Assembly (NCBI GenBank): GCA_010093815.1 | Contig: ML996573.1 | From: Pseudovirgaria hyperparasitica | Lineage: Eukaryota | DNA: 64,000 bases | Reading direction: 5' to 3' (one strand) | Shown here: positions 1 through 11,119 of the stretch, piece by piece | Position numbering within the stretch: position 1 is the first letter of the stretch | How the letters are laid out: every line of letters starts with the position of its first letter | The notes under the pieces: generated by a model | Database searches by the model: none | Told to the model about the DNA's origin: nothing | What the model saw: the letters and a program-made list of their open reading frames with translations, nothing else | Position numbers and translations under genes: made by a program

Positions 1-2046
1 GATGACGGGGTACTGTCTCCTGTCAATGCCCTTCTGGCCACCTCCTGCTGTGATATAGGAGGCATAATGAAGAATTGCAGGTAGTCACCAGGCCTGAATG
101 TTGCTGAGGCGTTTTCATCTTCGCCTGCAAGATCTTCGAATGAGAATTTACTCTGCTTCGAATCCTGACAATCTCTATCAGAGTCGAGCATTCCAAGGGG
201 TTTTTCATCCATCGGCAGCCTCTGGATTTTGTAGGGATCGAGAGACAGTAGCCCAGCCTTGTTGCCCCAACCACCTCCTCCGCTCATGACTCGATGTAAT
301 GATGCACCACGGTTGAGTGCGCGCATGATGTGGTCGTTCCAAGCAGTGTGTCGCCAGAAATCCACGAAGCTCTCTTCCTGGGTGAGTGCGATTTGTGTGA
401 TCGCTCTTCGACTACGCCCATTCAGATATCGATTATAGGTAGAGACTACGCGTAAGGCAAAATCGGCTGGATATGGATAGAGCAATGCCCAGATTGAGAC
501 TGAACAAGGATCTGTTCGCGTCACGTCGAAAAACTTGTGCACGCCTTGCTCTACGTGAAGCGAGGCCGGGATAACCGAATTGTGCTTGTTCTCAAGTCGA
601 CTGATGATGTTACCCATTACATCCAAGATCTTGAGAGACCCGGTCAGAGGTAGTAAAGGACATGCCAGCGACGTTGACGAGTTCCGACCTCTTCCAGAAA
701 TATCGAACGGCCAAAGAATTGAAGCACGTTTTAATTCATGCTTGATGGATACGACTTCGACTGGCGCCGAACTCTCTGGTTTCTTGATAGTGTATAAAGA
801 CATTGTGTATTCGTAGCCATTCTGGAAAAGAGTATTGGCGAGGGGAACGTGGACTTGGATATTCTTGCGAGGGCTTCTTCTCCTTAAGGATTCATTCATA
901 TGGAAAGACAACGTTGGCGTGGTTGCTAAGTCTTCAGGAACATCGGTATCGAAACGGTCCAGCTGTGATAGACTTGTGCTGGAGGAAATGTGTCGCGAAT
1001 CCATGACGGCATAAGATATACCATCGAGTCCGTCTTCTAAAATCGGAGGGGCGCGTGATGGTGGGCCCATTTCGTAGTCTCGTGGTTCCGCAAGACGATC
1101 CACTACAGCCACTAGAGTCTTAACAACATCGGTACTGTTCAACATCGAGTGGTTTCGAAACAATCGTTCCCGAAGTATCTGCAATTCCTCCACAAGACCT
1201 TGATTCAGGGCTTGTGCATAACACGGCGTCAATAAGAGTAGGATTGTGGGCGAGCCCACGAAGGAGTTCGATGGTATAGCTGGAACTTGTCTGAGTAGAT
1301 CTTTTAGCGTCTGCGATATATGATCAGCTTTATGTGGGGCAGTACGCAGCAGATCAACTTACTGTGGCCGTTGCGTTCTGAGTTGTCACCATGCCGTAAG
1401 TCCCACAATGCTCCACGGGGTGAGACAAGCTCACAGAATCATCGACTTTGACGTATCGTGTTTCGCCGGATGCTGGGTACTTGTGAATTCCGGAAAATGG
1501 CAACGTCGACTTCTGCACGAGCGGAACTTCAAGAGGTATCCTTCTGATAGAAATACCCTTTTCCTTCTTCTTCTTAATGTGACGTCCATGTCCGCCATTC
1601 GGTTCAGTAGACTTTGTCGAAGAAGGGATCGTGGGCGGCATTGCGCTCTGCAGTGCCGGGATCGCAGAAGCAATTCTTCTGATGGGAACCGTCACCTTCT
1701 TCTTGACGCGACGTATCACGGGTCTATATCTACCATTCGGTTCAGTAGACTTTGTCGAGAAAGGGACCGTGGGCGGCATTGCGCTCTGCAGGGCCGGGTT
1801 CGCAGGAGCAATTCTTCTAATGAGAACCCTCTTCTGCCTCTTGACGTGACGTATCACGGGTCCACACCCGGAAGTCGGCTCATTGATGTTCGTCTTCGGC
1901 GGAGAACGGGCGATGAAGCGTATAGGTAGCTGCGAGCCATTGTGGACGGCGTCAAGGAGTGTGGTAGAAACATGGATATATCTCCGGGTGAAAAGCGCAG
2001 CATTATGCGACGTGTACAAAGCACATGGCTTCAAAGCGCATAGCAT
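1..2046 (-). CDS. Conserved Pezizomycotina hypothetical protein, possibly mitochondrial; runs off the left edge of the window; intron 1311-1362
   Basis: ORF 1354..2046 splices in frame (GTAAGT at 1362, GCTGAT branch, CAG at 1311) into a long frame. Hand translation gives LVAVVDRL, PLANTLFQNG, PLT..GNII..PAS and LHRVMSGGGGWGNKAGLLSLDP, motifs I recall from a conserved fungal family of unknown function. The N-terminus (..FTRRYIHVST) resembles a mitochondrial presequence. Confidence 0.75.
1540..1890. repeat. Coding tandem repeat, 138-bp (46-aa) unit, about 2.5 copies
   Basis: CCATTCGGTTCAGTAGACTTTGTCGA occurs at 1595 and 1733, with a degenerate third copy at about 1871. The unit translates as STEPNG..PVIRRVKKK..IRRIA..PALQSAMPPT. 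Confidence 0.9.
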
Positions 2047-3097
2047 CGCCGTCTGAAGCGTGGTGAGACCTCAGCATTAGCATGAGCGTCGTCAAAGTGA
2101 AAGAGGTGCTTCCTTCCGTCATGAACATAAATGATTCGGCTTTCCAAAAGGTTCGGCCGTGCAGTACTAACCTGATCCATCAAGAGGACTGAGCTAACCC
2201 CAAGTGGGAAGCTTGCCGACGACAACTCGACTTTCCAGTACATACATCATTCACTTTGGATCTTGAGGTGTTCCATTGCGGAAGGACTGCGAGAGCTCTT
2301 AGTACTCGTCTGAATCATGTTGTAGGAGGTTGTTTACGAAACCGTGCAGTCGTTCATTCTCTTTACTATTTTACCCTCCTGCTAGTATTACCCCTATCAC
2401 ACGCGACATATAACGATCGCATGCTTAAAGGACTTTAGGTGGAAGACTTATATACCACAGCAAACACTATTAGCTACTACAAGTGCTTGAGATCTGATGC
2501 CATTCCAGGAAAAGCATGAAGCTCAACCCCTTGGTGCTTGTAAGAACATAGATGTTACCTTCATATAGCTTACGCTTAATAACAAGTAGAAACAGTCCTA
2601 CAACCAAACCATCCATATAAAGTCCACCGTCAGGTTATCCAACGCTAGCATAGAGCTTAGTGCACTTGAGATCATCATATGGGCCCGTCCAGCAGGGGCG
2701 ATACAAGCAAGTAGGAAGGTGCTTGTGTAATGGCTACTTGTCGAACGAGATACCTGTAGTCAAAGGGGAAAACGCTATCTAGACCTCGAATGATACCATT
2801 CAGCTAGCAACTGATACCTTTGTCGATGTGATGACGGAAGGAGCCATGAAGATTTGCCGTTATCATGTTCCTTGTACTTCGGTTTAGGCCAATGGCACTA
2901 CGAGACTTGATCAGGGTCTATAAATACAGTGAAGGTAGATAACACACAAGACCAATTTAAATGCTGTAAAGTGTATATACTTAGTCATACTCAGAAACGC
3001 CGTTATCACTACAGTATAAACAATAAGCCCGCTCCATGCATCGCCCGCAGGAGATACATTACAATCAACTACTCTGATAAAAAAAGCTTTTGGCTTT

Positions 3098-4334
3098 CTA
3101 CTCGTCCTTGAGCCACAAACCCAAAGCATCTCTCCGACTCTGGCTGGCAGGGTCCAGGTATGGTGGCTCACCGATGCCTACAGCACGTTGGCCGAAGCGG
3201 GGACCCTGTCCAGCAGTGTCCATTGTTGCGGTGTGGAATGTACTTCGGTTGTCCCAGAGAGCTGATATATGATTAGGGATATTTACGGTCAGATAGTGTG
3301 AAATGGGAGAACATACCGACATCGTTCGGCCCATTCCATCGGAACCTTACTTGCGCATCATGGTTCTCGAGAAGGTAGACTTCGAGAAACTCGTTCATGC
3401 GATCGCTTTCCAGCTTCGTTAATTCATTGAAACGAGGACGCTGCTCAGCGTGGCCGATACCATATAGCGCCTTCCAACCTGTTACTGGGTTGGTGCGAAC
3501 AGCGGGATGCGTAGCACCGAGCGTTGAACCAGCGTTAAGAGGGTGTCCACGAGGGTCGGTGTACATGTCGAAATTCCATACCTTCATCATTGGTTCAAAT
3601 CCGGGGTTGCCGAAGTGACATGTGAGACCCTCGAGAAACTTTTGCCATGGCTCGGAGAAACGGTCGTATAGTTCGTAAGCATTAGCCCACAGAGTGTCAC
3701 CGCCAGTAGGACCAAGTTTTTCCAAACGTAGGCATGAGTAGTCAGCTGGCACCTTCTCGAAGGCAATATCGCTGTGCCAGTATGCAGTTTTAGCCTTCTT
3801 CTGCAATAGTCTGTCCTTCTTGAGGGCATCATAGCGGTGCTTAAACAAATGCGCAGTCTCCTCGGAGCTAATGGTACTGATTTCCTCGTCCATACGGTTG
3901 TGATATTTTTTGTCATAATTGATGCTCGGATGGATGTATAGCTTAGATTCTTTGGGCTTGTTGACGAGTTCTCCCATACGCTGAACGAGTTCTTTCTGGG
4001 TCTCGTTGTCGGCATTGTCCTGATTACGGAAGAAGCATACGCCACGCTCAGAAACTAATGTTAGATTAGTAAAGGAGTGCGGGAATTTGTTTTGAAACGT
4101 ACCAGTAACAGCAAGGTCACGAATGAGGTCGTCAGAGTTTGGTGCTCGTAGCAGTTCCTTCAGGTTAATGTTGGTATACTCACGACCAATCTGTGGAGTG
4201 ACTTCGATGTAGCTGTATCCGTCAAGATTTCCTTGATACTTGGTCGGCTCGCGGATGAGTCCGCTCTTGCTCTTCTTGATTCCATTGATCCCTTCTGGGA
4301 CGAGGACCGGGGTCTCAATAGCCGACGGTGCCAT
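3098..4334 (-). CDS. TauD/TfdA-family Fe(II)/2-oxoglutarate dioxygenase (JLP1-like sulfonate dioxygenase); introns 4055-4102 and 3262-3316
   Basis: Motifs TPQIGREY, SERGVCFFRNQ, WHSDIAFE (HxD), GGDTLWA, HPAVRTNPVTGWK, VRFRW and, after splicing, ALWDNRSTFHTAT. MAPSA start at 4334; canonical splice sites. Confidence 0.92.
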
Positions 4335-6496
4335 GTTGTAGTGCCTTCCACTTTGTCTGATGTTGAAGTGTATCTGTTGAAGGTTGCGTTGTAAAAGTTG
4401 GGAATCGTAGTCTCTTCTGAAGTTTGACTTGAATTTGATGTTATAGCTTAAGCCAGATACAAGAGGGGACTGCCCAGCATTTAATATACATAGCTTGGCC
4501 GCCACTTTTGCTCCTATCGTATAAAAGAGAGCAACACCGAAGCCGAGCCCGCCAATTATCCTGGTATGGTAGAAACTAGACCTCGAGGATCCCAAAACTC
4601 TATTCATCCTTTGAATATCCCGAGGAGCTGATTGGTGATTATGTATTCCGTATTCTGATTGTGGAAAGACGCGAGGGGCTCCGAACGAGAATAACTGCGA
4701 GACACGAGGCCATGGCTGGTGCCGCAGAAGACCAGCCGTTACACCACATAGTGGATGGCTGAAGCTGGTATTAGCAACTGGAACGAGCTTCAGGTTGCAC
4801 TCATTGGTGGATGGATTAGATCTGATAAGATTTATGGGCTGATCGTCGTTATTCGCCGTTGTTCCACGTGTGATCTGCCTTGATTCCACGGAGATTTAAC
4901 GTCGTGAAGCTTGGGGGCCAACGGGTGCACCCGGAAGCAATGCCTCGGAAACTGAGCACTTTTCAAGTTCTTGATATTTTCGCACACTCCATTTCGCGGT
5001 CATTGATCCTTTTGCTGGGAATTCTAGTGTTGCATTGGTTGCGGTTCAGTGTCTGAACACGCCAAAGTACATCCAGCGCCGAGACAGACTTTGTGGGGCT
5101 CTAACGGTTGAATCGAAGCTTCGCCCTCTTTGACAGCTTGGCAGAACTTAGAGCGGAAAAGTCAAGAAAGCCCCGAGTCTCACCTGTTCGCGAGATACGA
5201 AAACAAGATATGATGACATTCAAACATGCTGTCGTCGGACATGTTCAGCTCAGTATGACTACAACATTTCTCCACATGCCCAATAATAGAATATGTTTGT
5301 CCCTCAAACAACAAAGTAGGTGCTTAGCCCCTACAACTTTGAGCTGGTTTTGTGTCTAAAACTGTCAGCGATGCTCTAAAGTCAGAACATTAATTTGCGC
5401 TCGGATGATTACTGCATCCTGCAACATTCCAAAGCCTATGATGAAACATCGCCTCTATGACTGTCTACATCATATCTCGATGGCCGTGAGTGTCAGAAGA
5501 GTCTATCCGTCTTTGTCAAGGTCCAAATCTCAAAAGCTTGGTGACATGAGTTAGAAGCCACTATACTAGTGATCCGGATTGGCCGTGTCGAGCCATACAA
5601 TTTGTTCGAAGGTCAGACGAGCAGTCGCAAGGCTGAGAGGTTGGTCCGCTAGCAACAAAAGAGTGCAATCATGGTTCATGTTGGAGAAGCTGGGGAAAGA
5701 CGAAAAGCTCCGTGGTATGTCGGCAGAGTGGGGCGTTGATGCCGTAGCGATTCCGGAGCTGTCTAACCACCTACGTCATAAATCCGTGCAATAATTTACA
5801 ACCGCCTTTGCGCGCATAGTCGGATGATCTAAATGTAGAATCAGTTCAAGCCAGGCGAATGTAATACTTCAACGATACCTAGCAGGCTAGCACGGAGACG
5901 CACAGAGTATGTCTAACAGATCATTTTCAATTTAGCAACAAATACAAGCAAGTAAACTGCCCGACTTCTCCTCCATTGAAATCAAGAATAAAGAGTGAAT
6001 GCTCCACCTACTGGCAGAGTGGTAAGATCTTCAACTGTGAGCATGTACTATGGACGATTGGGCATACAGATAGTGTAGTTGGCGACCACCGACAAGGAGA
6101 GATTCTGTCTGGCTTCAGACACCACTTTTGTCGGAGGTTGAATATTTCTTGCCAAGATGTTGACATGGTTTTGCATGCATATTGTCGATTTAGGGCTTCT
6201 TTCGAGCCTGTGTGGCCTGACAAGGCTTGATGTCAGCACTGTGTGGGCGGGCTCGCGCAATGCTGGACGATACCAGCGGATAATGATGTACGATCCAGTC
6301 TCCTGCCATGATCGCACGTGATGGAGATGACGCCTCTTAAGCTCGAGACCAGGTACGTCCAGTGAGCTTTCGAAGGCTGATTGTCGTTGACGCAACCGGT
6401 ATTTGAGCCAAAGCTCGGGCGACTAGGGTCGACACCACCATTTGTTACGGTTCCATGGATTCAGGAGAACATTGTGGATGCTTAACAACAACGCCA

Positions 6497-9400
6497 TCAG
6501 TCATAACTCCCGAGTCCAACTTGACTTTGGAATGCTGTCGATATGCTTCGAGCATCGTCATCGTCGAATCTGCCATTGCCTCCGCGAAGGCCTGGTCCTT
6601 GAAAGCCGCCGGCTCCATCGTTGCGATTGCTTGCCTCGACAAATCTCTTCAATCGATCAGATTGGCTCAGGCTGGTGGGCCTGTTGTAGTCATTGAGACT
6701 AAGGCCTGCCAAACTGACTCCGCCTTGACCAGGAGCGCCAGTGGCATCAGTGACTTCGCTTGCGGCTACTGACTCACCAGCGACACTGCTGGCTACGCCG
6801 TTGCCTTTTCTGGATCCAGGGACGCCTCTTGAACCTGGGAGCGGCCAAGCTTCACCAAAATTGGAGAACATCTGAGGATAGTTGGAGACACCGACGCCAC
6901 CAATAGCAGAGGAATGGACTGAAGAGACATCATCTGGAATGTATCCCACGATTGAGCCGTTGTCGTACTCTTGCCTCCCCTTGCCATTTGTGCCACCTCT
7001 AGAGGCAGCCATATTGGCAGCCTGATAGGCCATCTGGTACCGCTGGGGTCCGCGATAACTTTGCTTAGGGCGGGAAAACTGAAGAAGTGAAACTTGCAGG
7101 TTCGAAAGCGGGCCTTCAACAAGACAACCACGTTCCTTAAAGTGCAGTAGCAAGTAGTGCCAGAGAGGGTGTTTCGAGAGAACTTTTGGGTTGCCGAGAA
7201 TGACAAGACCATACTTGGCACGAGTAAGGGCGACATTGAGACGACGAGGATCGCTTAAAAACCCAATACCTTGGTGGTCGTTTGATCGAACGCAGGAGAG
7301 GACAATGAAATCCTTCTCACGACCCTGGAAGGCATCGACAGATGCAACCTCGACCTCTTTGTAATTCTCTTTCTTGAAGCTTCCCGTGGCTTGCATGGAG
7401 CTGACAACAAAGCTGCGCTGACCCTCATACGGTGTGATGATACCAATCTCCGATGGTTGTACACCAGCCTTAAAGAAACGTGTAACGATCTTTTCCACAT
7501 TTGAGGCTTCTGTACGATTCAAGTAGGAGGTTCCAGACGCCGAGATCTCTTCATTGCCGAGATTGGACCAGAACATCATAGGCGCATCGATTATTGGCCA
7601 CGGGAAGTCGACCTCACGACGAAGACGCTCTTGCTCGTTCACACCGTCCTGAAGTGAACCTTCGTAGAACATGTTGGAGGGGAATCCCGAAAGGCAAGGG
7701 TGCATGCGATATTGCACTTGGAGTCGGATGGGAACACAGCCCAATATAACAAGTCGCTCAAAGAGAGATTGGTTGAGGCCAGCTTTGGCCGCCTTCTTAT
7801 TCATGATGACGGGTCCAAGTTGCTGGTGATCACCTACAAGAACGACTTGCTTGCAACCCAATACTAATGGGATCATACATTCTGGTTCGGCAGATTGTGT
7901 AGACTCATCAATAAGCACAGTCCTGAACTTGAACTTTGCAAGACGGGGATCGCCAGCACCGACACACGTACAGCAAATGACATCAGCGTTCGTAAGAATC
8001 TCGCGTTCCGCAGCTCTCGTGAGCTGCTTAAATTTCTTCTCATCCTGACTGGACAGCTCACCAAGCTCGTTCTTGAGCTGATTAAGCTTGTTGAGTTCTA
8101 CGTTGGTGTCATTCATGCGCACCTGCTCGTGCAAGGACAGGAACCCGATTGATGATTCGACATCTTCACGGGATTTGGCTGTGATTCTCACTGTCTTCAG
8201 CCCTGTCAAATGAATACGCTCACAAAGCTGATCGACAGCAACGTTCGAAGGCGCACAGACAAGAACCTGTCCGCCGTTCAGTTTTGCAAGGTGGTAGATG
8301 ATTGTAGCAGAGGTAACGGTCTTGCCAGTACCAGGTGGCCCTTGAATCAGACTCAGTGGTTTTTGAAGCACACTTTTGACGGCATTAACTTGAGATGGAT
8401 TAAGCTCTGGCAGGCCTGGCACGTTGAATTTCTTGGGCAGTGTTGTCTTCATAGGAGCTGCGGCGACATCATGACCTAGGAGACGGTGGAATATGTAGCC
8501 TGAAACGCTCATCTCGTCCACTGCGAAAGACTTCATAGCGTGCTGCATACGGTCGAACGAGGTCGCCTTCCAAACGTAATCCGCGCTAAAGTTGTGTGTA
8601 CATTCTGTGGGCACTGACTTGTGATCACCTTTCGTGCGTAGCTCGATGCTGACTTCGTCTGACTGATTGTTCGGGATCTTGATGACATAGCCGACTCCTT
8701 CCCAGTGTGGTCGAAGTTCTCCAGTGTATCGAAGACGCATCTCATCACCGACTGCAAGTTTCACATCTCCAAGCTCTAACTTTGGTAAGACAAAGCTCGC
8801 CAAGTGCTTATTGTTGAGACCCAGGTCCCATCGAACAATGAGGCCATCTTGCGATTGCGACTCCTTCAATTTTCGGTCGTAGTCGGCTTCGATCTTGACA
8901 AGGGGGCCAAAGACATTCTGGTATTGGAACGCGTCATCGTAGCGGAGTAGCACGGGTGCTGGCTCATCGTCAATACCAGCTCCCTTTTCCAGATCGGCAA
9001 TGGTGGCCTGGGCATTATCCTTCCACAATTCTTCCAGTTTGGCGATCATTTGAGGGCTCAGGTGGCGCGCGCGGAGTTGCTCTTGGTCAGTTGGTGCCGC
9101 AACAAGCCATGGTAGGAAGGACCTGTCTTCAATCAGGGGTTGCCATCGTGATGTATCCCATGTCATGTCCTTTTGGGAGGGCATGGCAGCGCATGGTTGA
9201 CGACAAAGCAGAACGACGACCGTATCGGACTTTGCAGGGATGAAGCCTAGTAAGAAGACGTTTTTTATGCCGCAGTTGTAGCACTCCAAAACTGTATCTC
9301 CCAGTGAGGAATCGGGGTGAAGCTGGACCTCCTTATGTCTTGCGCGGACGAGATGGTTGATGATATGGGAAGACGACGTATTGCCGCGAGCGCTACAGAA

Positions 9401-9783
9401 CCACTTGTTGCAGGCCAAACATTTGACAACGCTCTGTGAAGCATGGATCCCACAGTATCTTCACGAGGTGTTGTGTTAGCTAAAGGTCTCCCATCTGAAA
9501 GTACCTCAACTCACGCGCATGCATGTGCCGGTAGCTCCACCTCTTCTTCAGGCTTAACTCTGCCTTTTCCATTCGTGCCGTCGACAGCCATACTGGCCAT
9601 ACTTTCCATATCATCATCGTCGAAGACATCCGTTTCTTCATCGTCGTCCAGCCTCCTTCGGCGACCGGCAAGGTGACTCCGACCAAGATCCCCATCTAGT
9701 ATGCTTTCATCATCACCTGCGTTGATGGTGGGTCCAGAGTCGGAAACTAGGTGGTTTCCTAGGTGAGTGAAGGCGCCTTCCAT
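6497..9783 (-). CDS. UPF1: ATP-dependent RNA helicase UPF1/NAM7 (regulator of nonsense transcripts 1); intron 9459-9514
   Basis: CH zinc domain ([36 protein letters not shown]) and helicase motifs [46 protein letters not shown]. Confidence 0.98.
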
Positions 9784-10178
9784 TGCACAAGATGGCTTGA
9801 CGGCGCTGCGCCAACTCTACGAAGAGCGATTTTTTGGCGCTTCTGAAGCGATGATTGAGTAGGTTCCTCTGAAAGAGGACGGGTTTGGATTTGTGGAGCG
9901 CCAAAGGCTCGTAGGGTTTAGAGATCAATATCTGAGTCTAGTATCTCATGTCATATCGTCCAGGACGTCTGGCTTCTTCGTGTTGCCAGGCGGTGGCGGC
10001 GGTGGTGGTGGTGGTGAAGTTTGGCGATGCGGAGGTAAGTATTCTAATGTGCGGGTGCGATTTCGACCAGTCCGCCGCACTTGCCCTGGGTTCAAAACTC
10101 TTGGCATCAGGCTCTTCGAAGGAAAAATTCTAGATCTTCACACACCAACAACAAATTTCACACCGTACGACATAGAAC
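9784..10178. promoter_or_regulatory. Short bidirectional promoter shared by UPF1 and IMP4, with an RRPE-like element
   Basis: Divergent ATGs 395 bp apart; GAAAAATT at about 10122 upstream of a ribosome-biogenesis gene. Confidence 0.5.
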
Positions 10179-11119
10179 ATGATTGTAGGTCAACTGCCTT
10201 CGCAAGAGAGTAAAATAAATCTGACATTTAATCACAGCGACGACAAGCCCGTGAAAGGCGAGACTACGTCTACCGGCGAGCACTGACGCTCCGTGATGCG
10301 GAAACGGCAGAGAGAAGAGCAGCGTTGAAGGCATCGCTAGCCAGCGGCAAGCCTCTGTCCAAAGATATCGCAAACGACAAAGATCTTCGTAACGATTACA
10401 AGTTTGACGAGACCATAGCCGACCGAGATGCACAGGAAGAGCTCGGTCTAGACGACGAATACGCACACCTGTCAGGCGTGGTAGATCCTAGAGTCCTCGT
10501 AACCACATCCCGCGACCCATCTTCGAGACTTGGAGGGTTTGCAAAGGAGGTCAGACTACTGCTACCGACTGCGATCAGATTGAACCGCGGAAATCTCGTA
10601 CTGCCCAATCTGGTTCAGAGCGCAAAGAGCTCTGGACTGAGCGATGTCATTCTTTTGCACGAGCACAGAGGTACTCCAACTGCCATGACGGTATCTCACT
10701 TTCCCCACGGACCTACGGCATCTTTCTCACTACACAATGTTGTACTTCGCCATGATATCCCCCAAGCCTCGCGCGGTACCGTCTCCGAGTCGTATCCACA
10801 CCTCATCTTCGAAGGCTTCACCACCAAATTAGGGAAGCGCGTCGTTCAAATATTGAAGCATCTGTTCCCGCCTCGTGAAGGTACGGCAAAGGTTGGTAAC
10901 CGTGTAGTGACTTTCAAGAATATCGAAGACAGCATCGAAGTGAGGCATCACGTCTTTGTGAGGACCGGATATCAAAGTGTTGAACTTGCAGAAGTCGGGC
11001 CTAGGATGACGATGCGGTTATTTGAGATCCGTGGAGGTACTCTGGAGAACAAGGACGGTGATGTCGAATGGCATATGACACATTACACTCGAACCAGCAA
11101 GAAAAAAGACTACCTATGA
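10179..11119 (+). CDS. IMP4: U3 snoRNP protein IMP4 (Brix domain); 6-nt first exon, intron 10185-10237
   Basis: Spliced N-terminus [50 protein letters not shown] Brix motifs. Confidence 0.96.

Noticed and set aside
5200..5520. ATGATGA box C-like motifs suggesting snoRNAs
   Set aside because: No suitably spaced CTGA box D or terminal stem.
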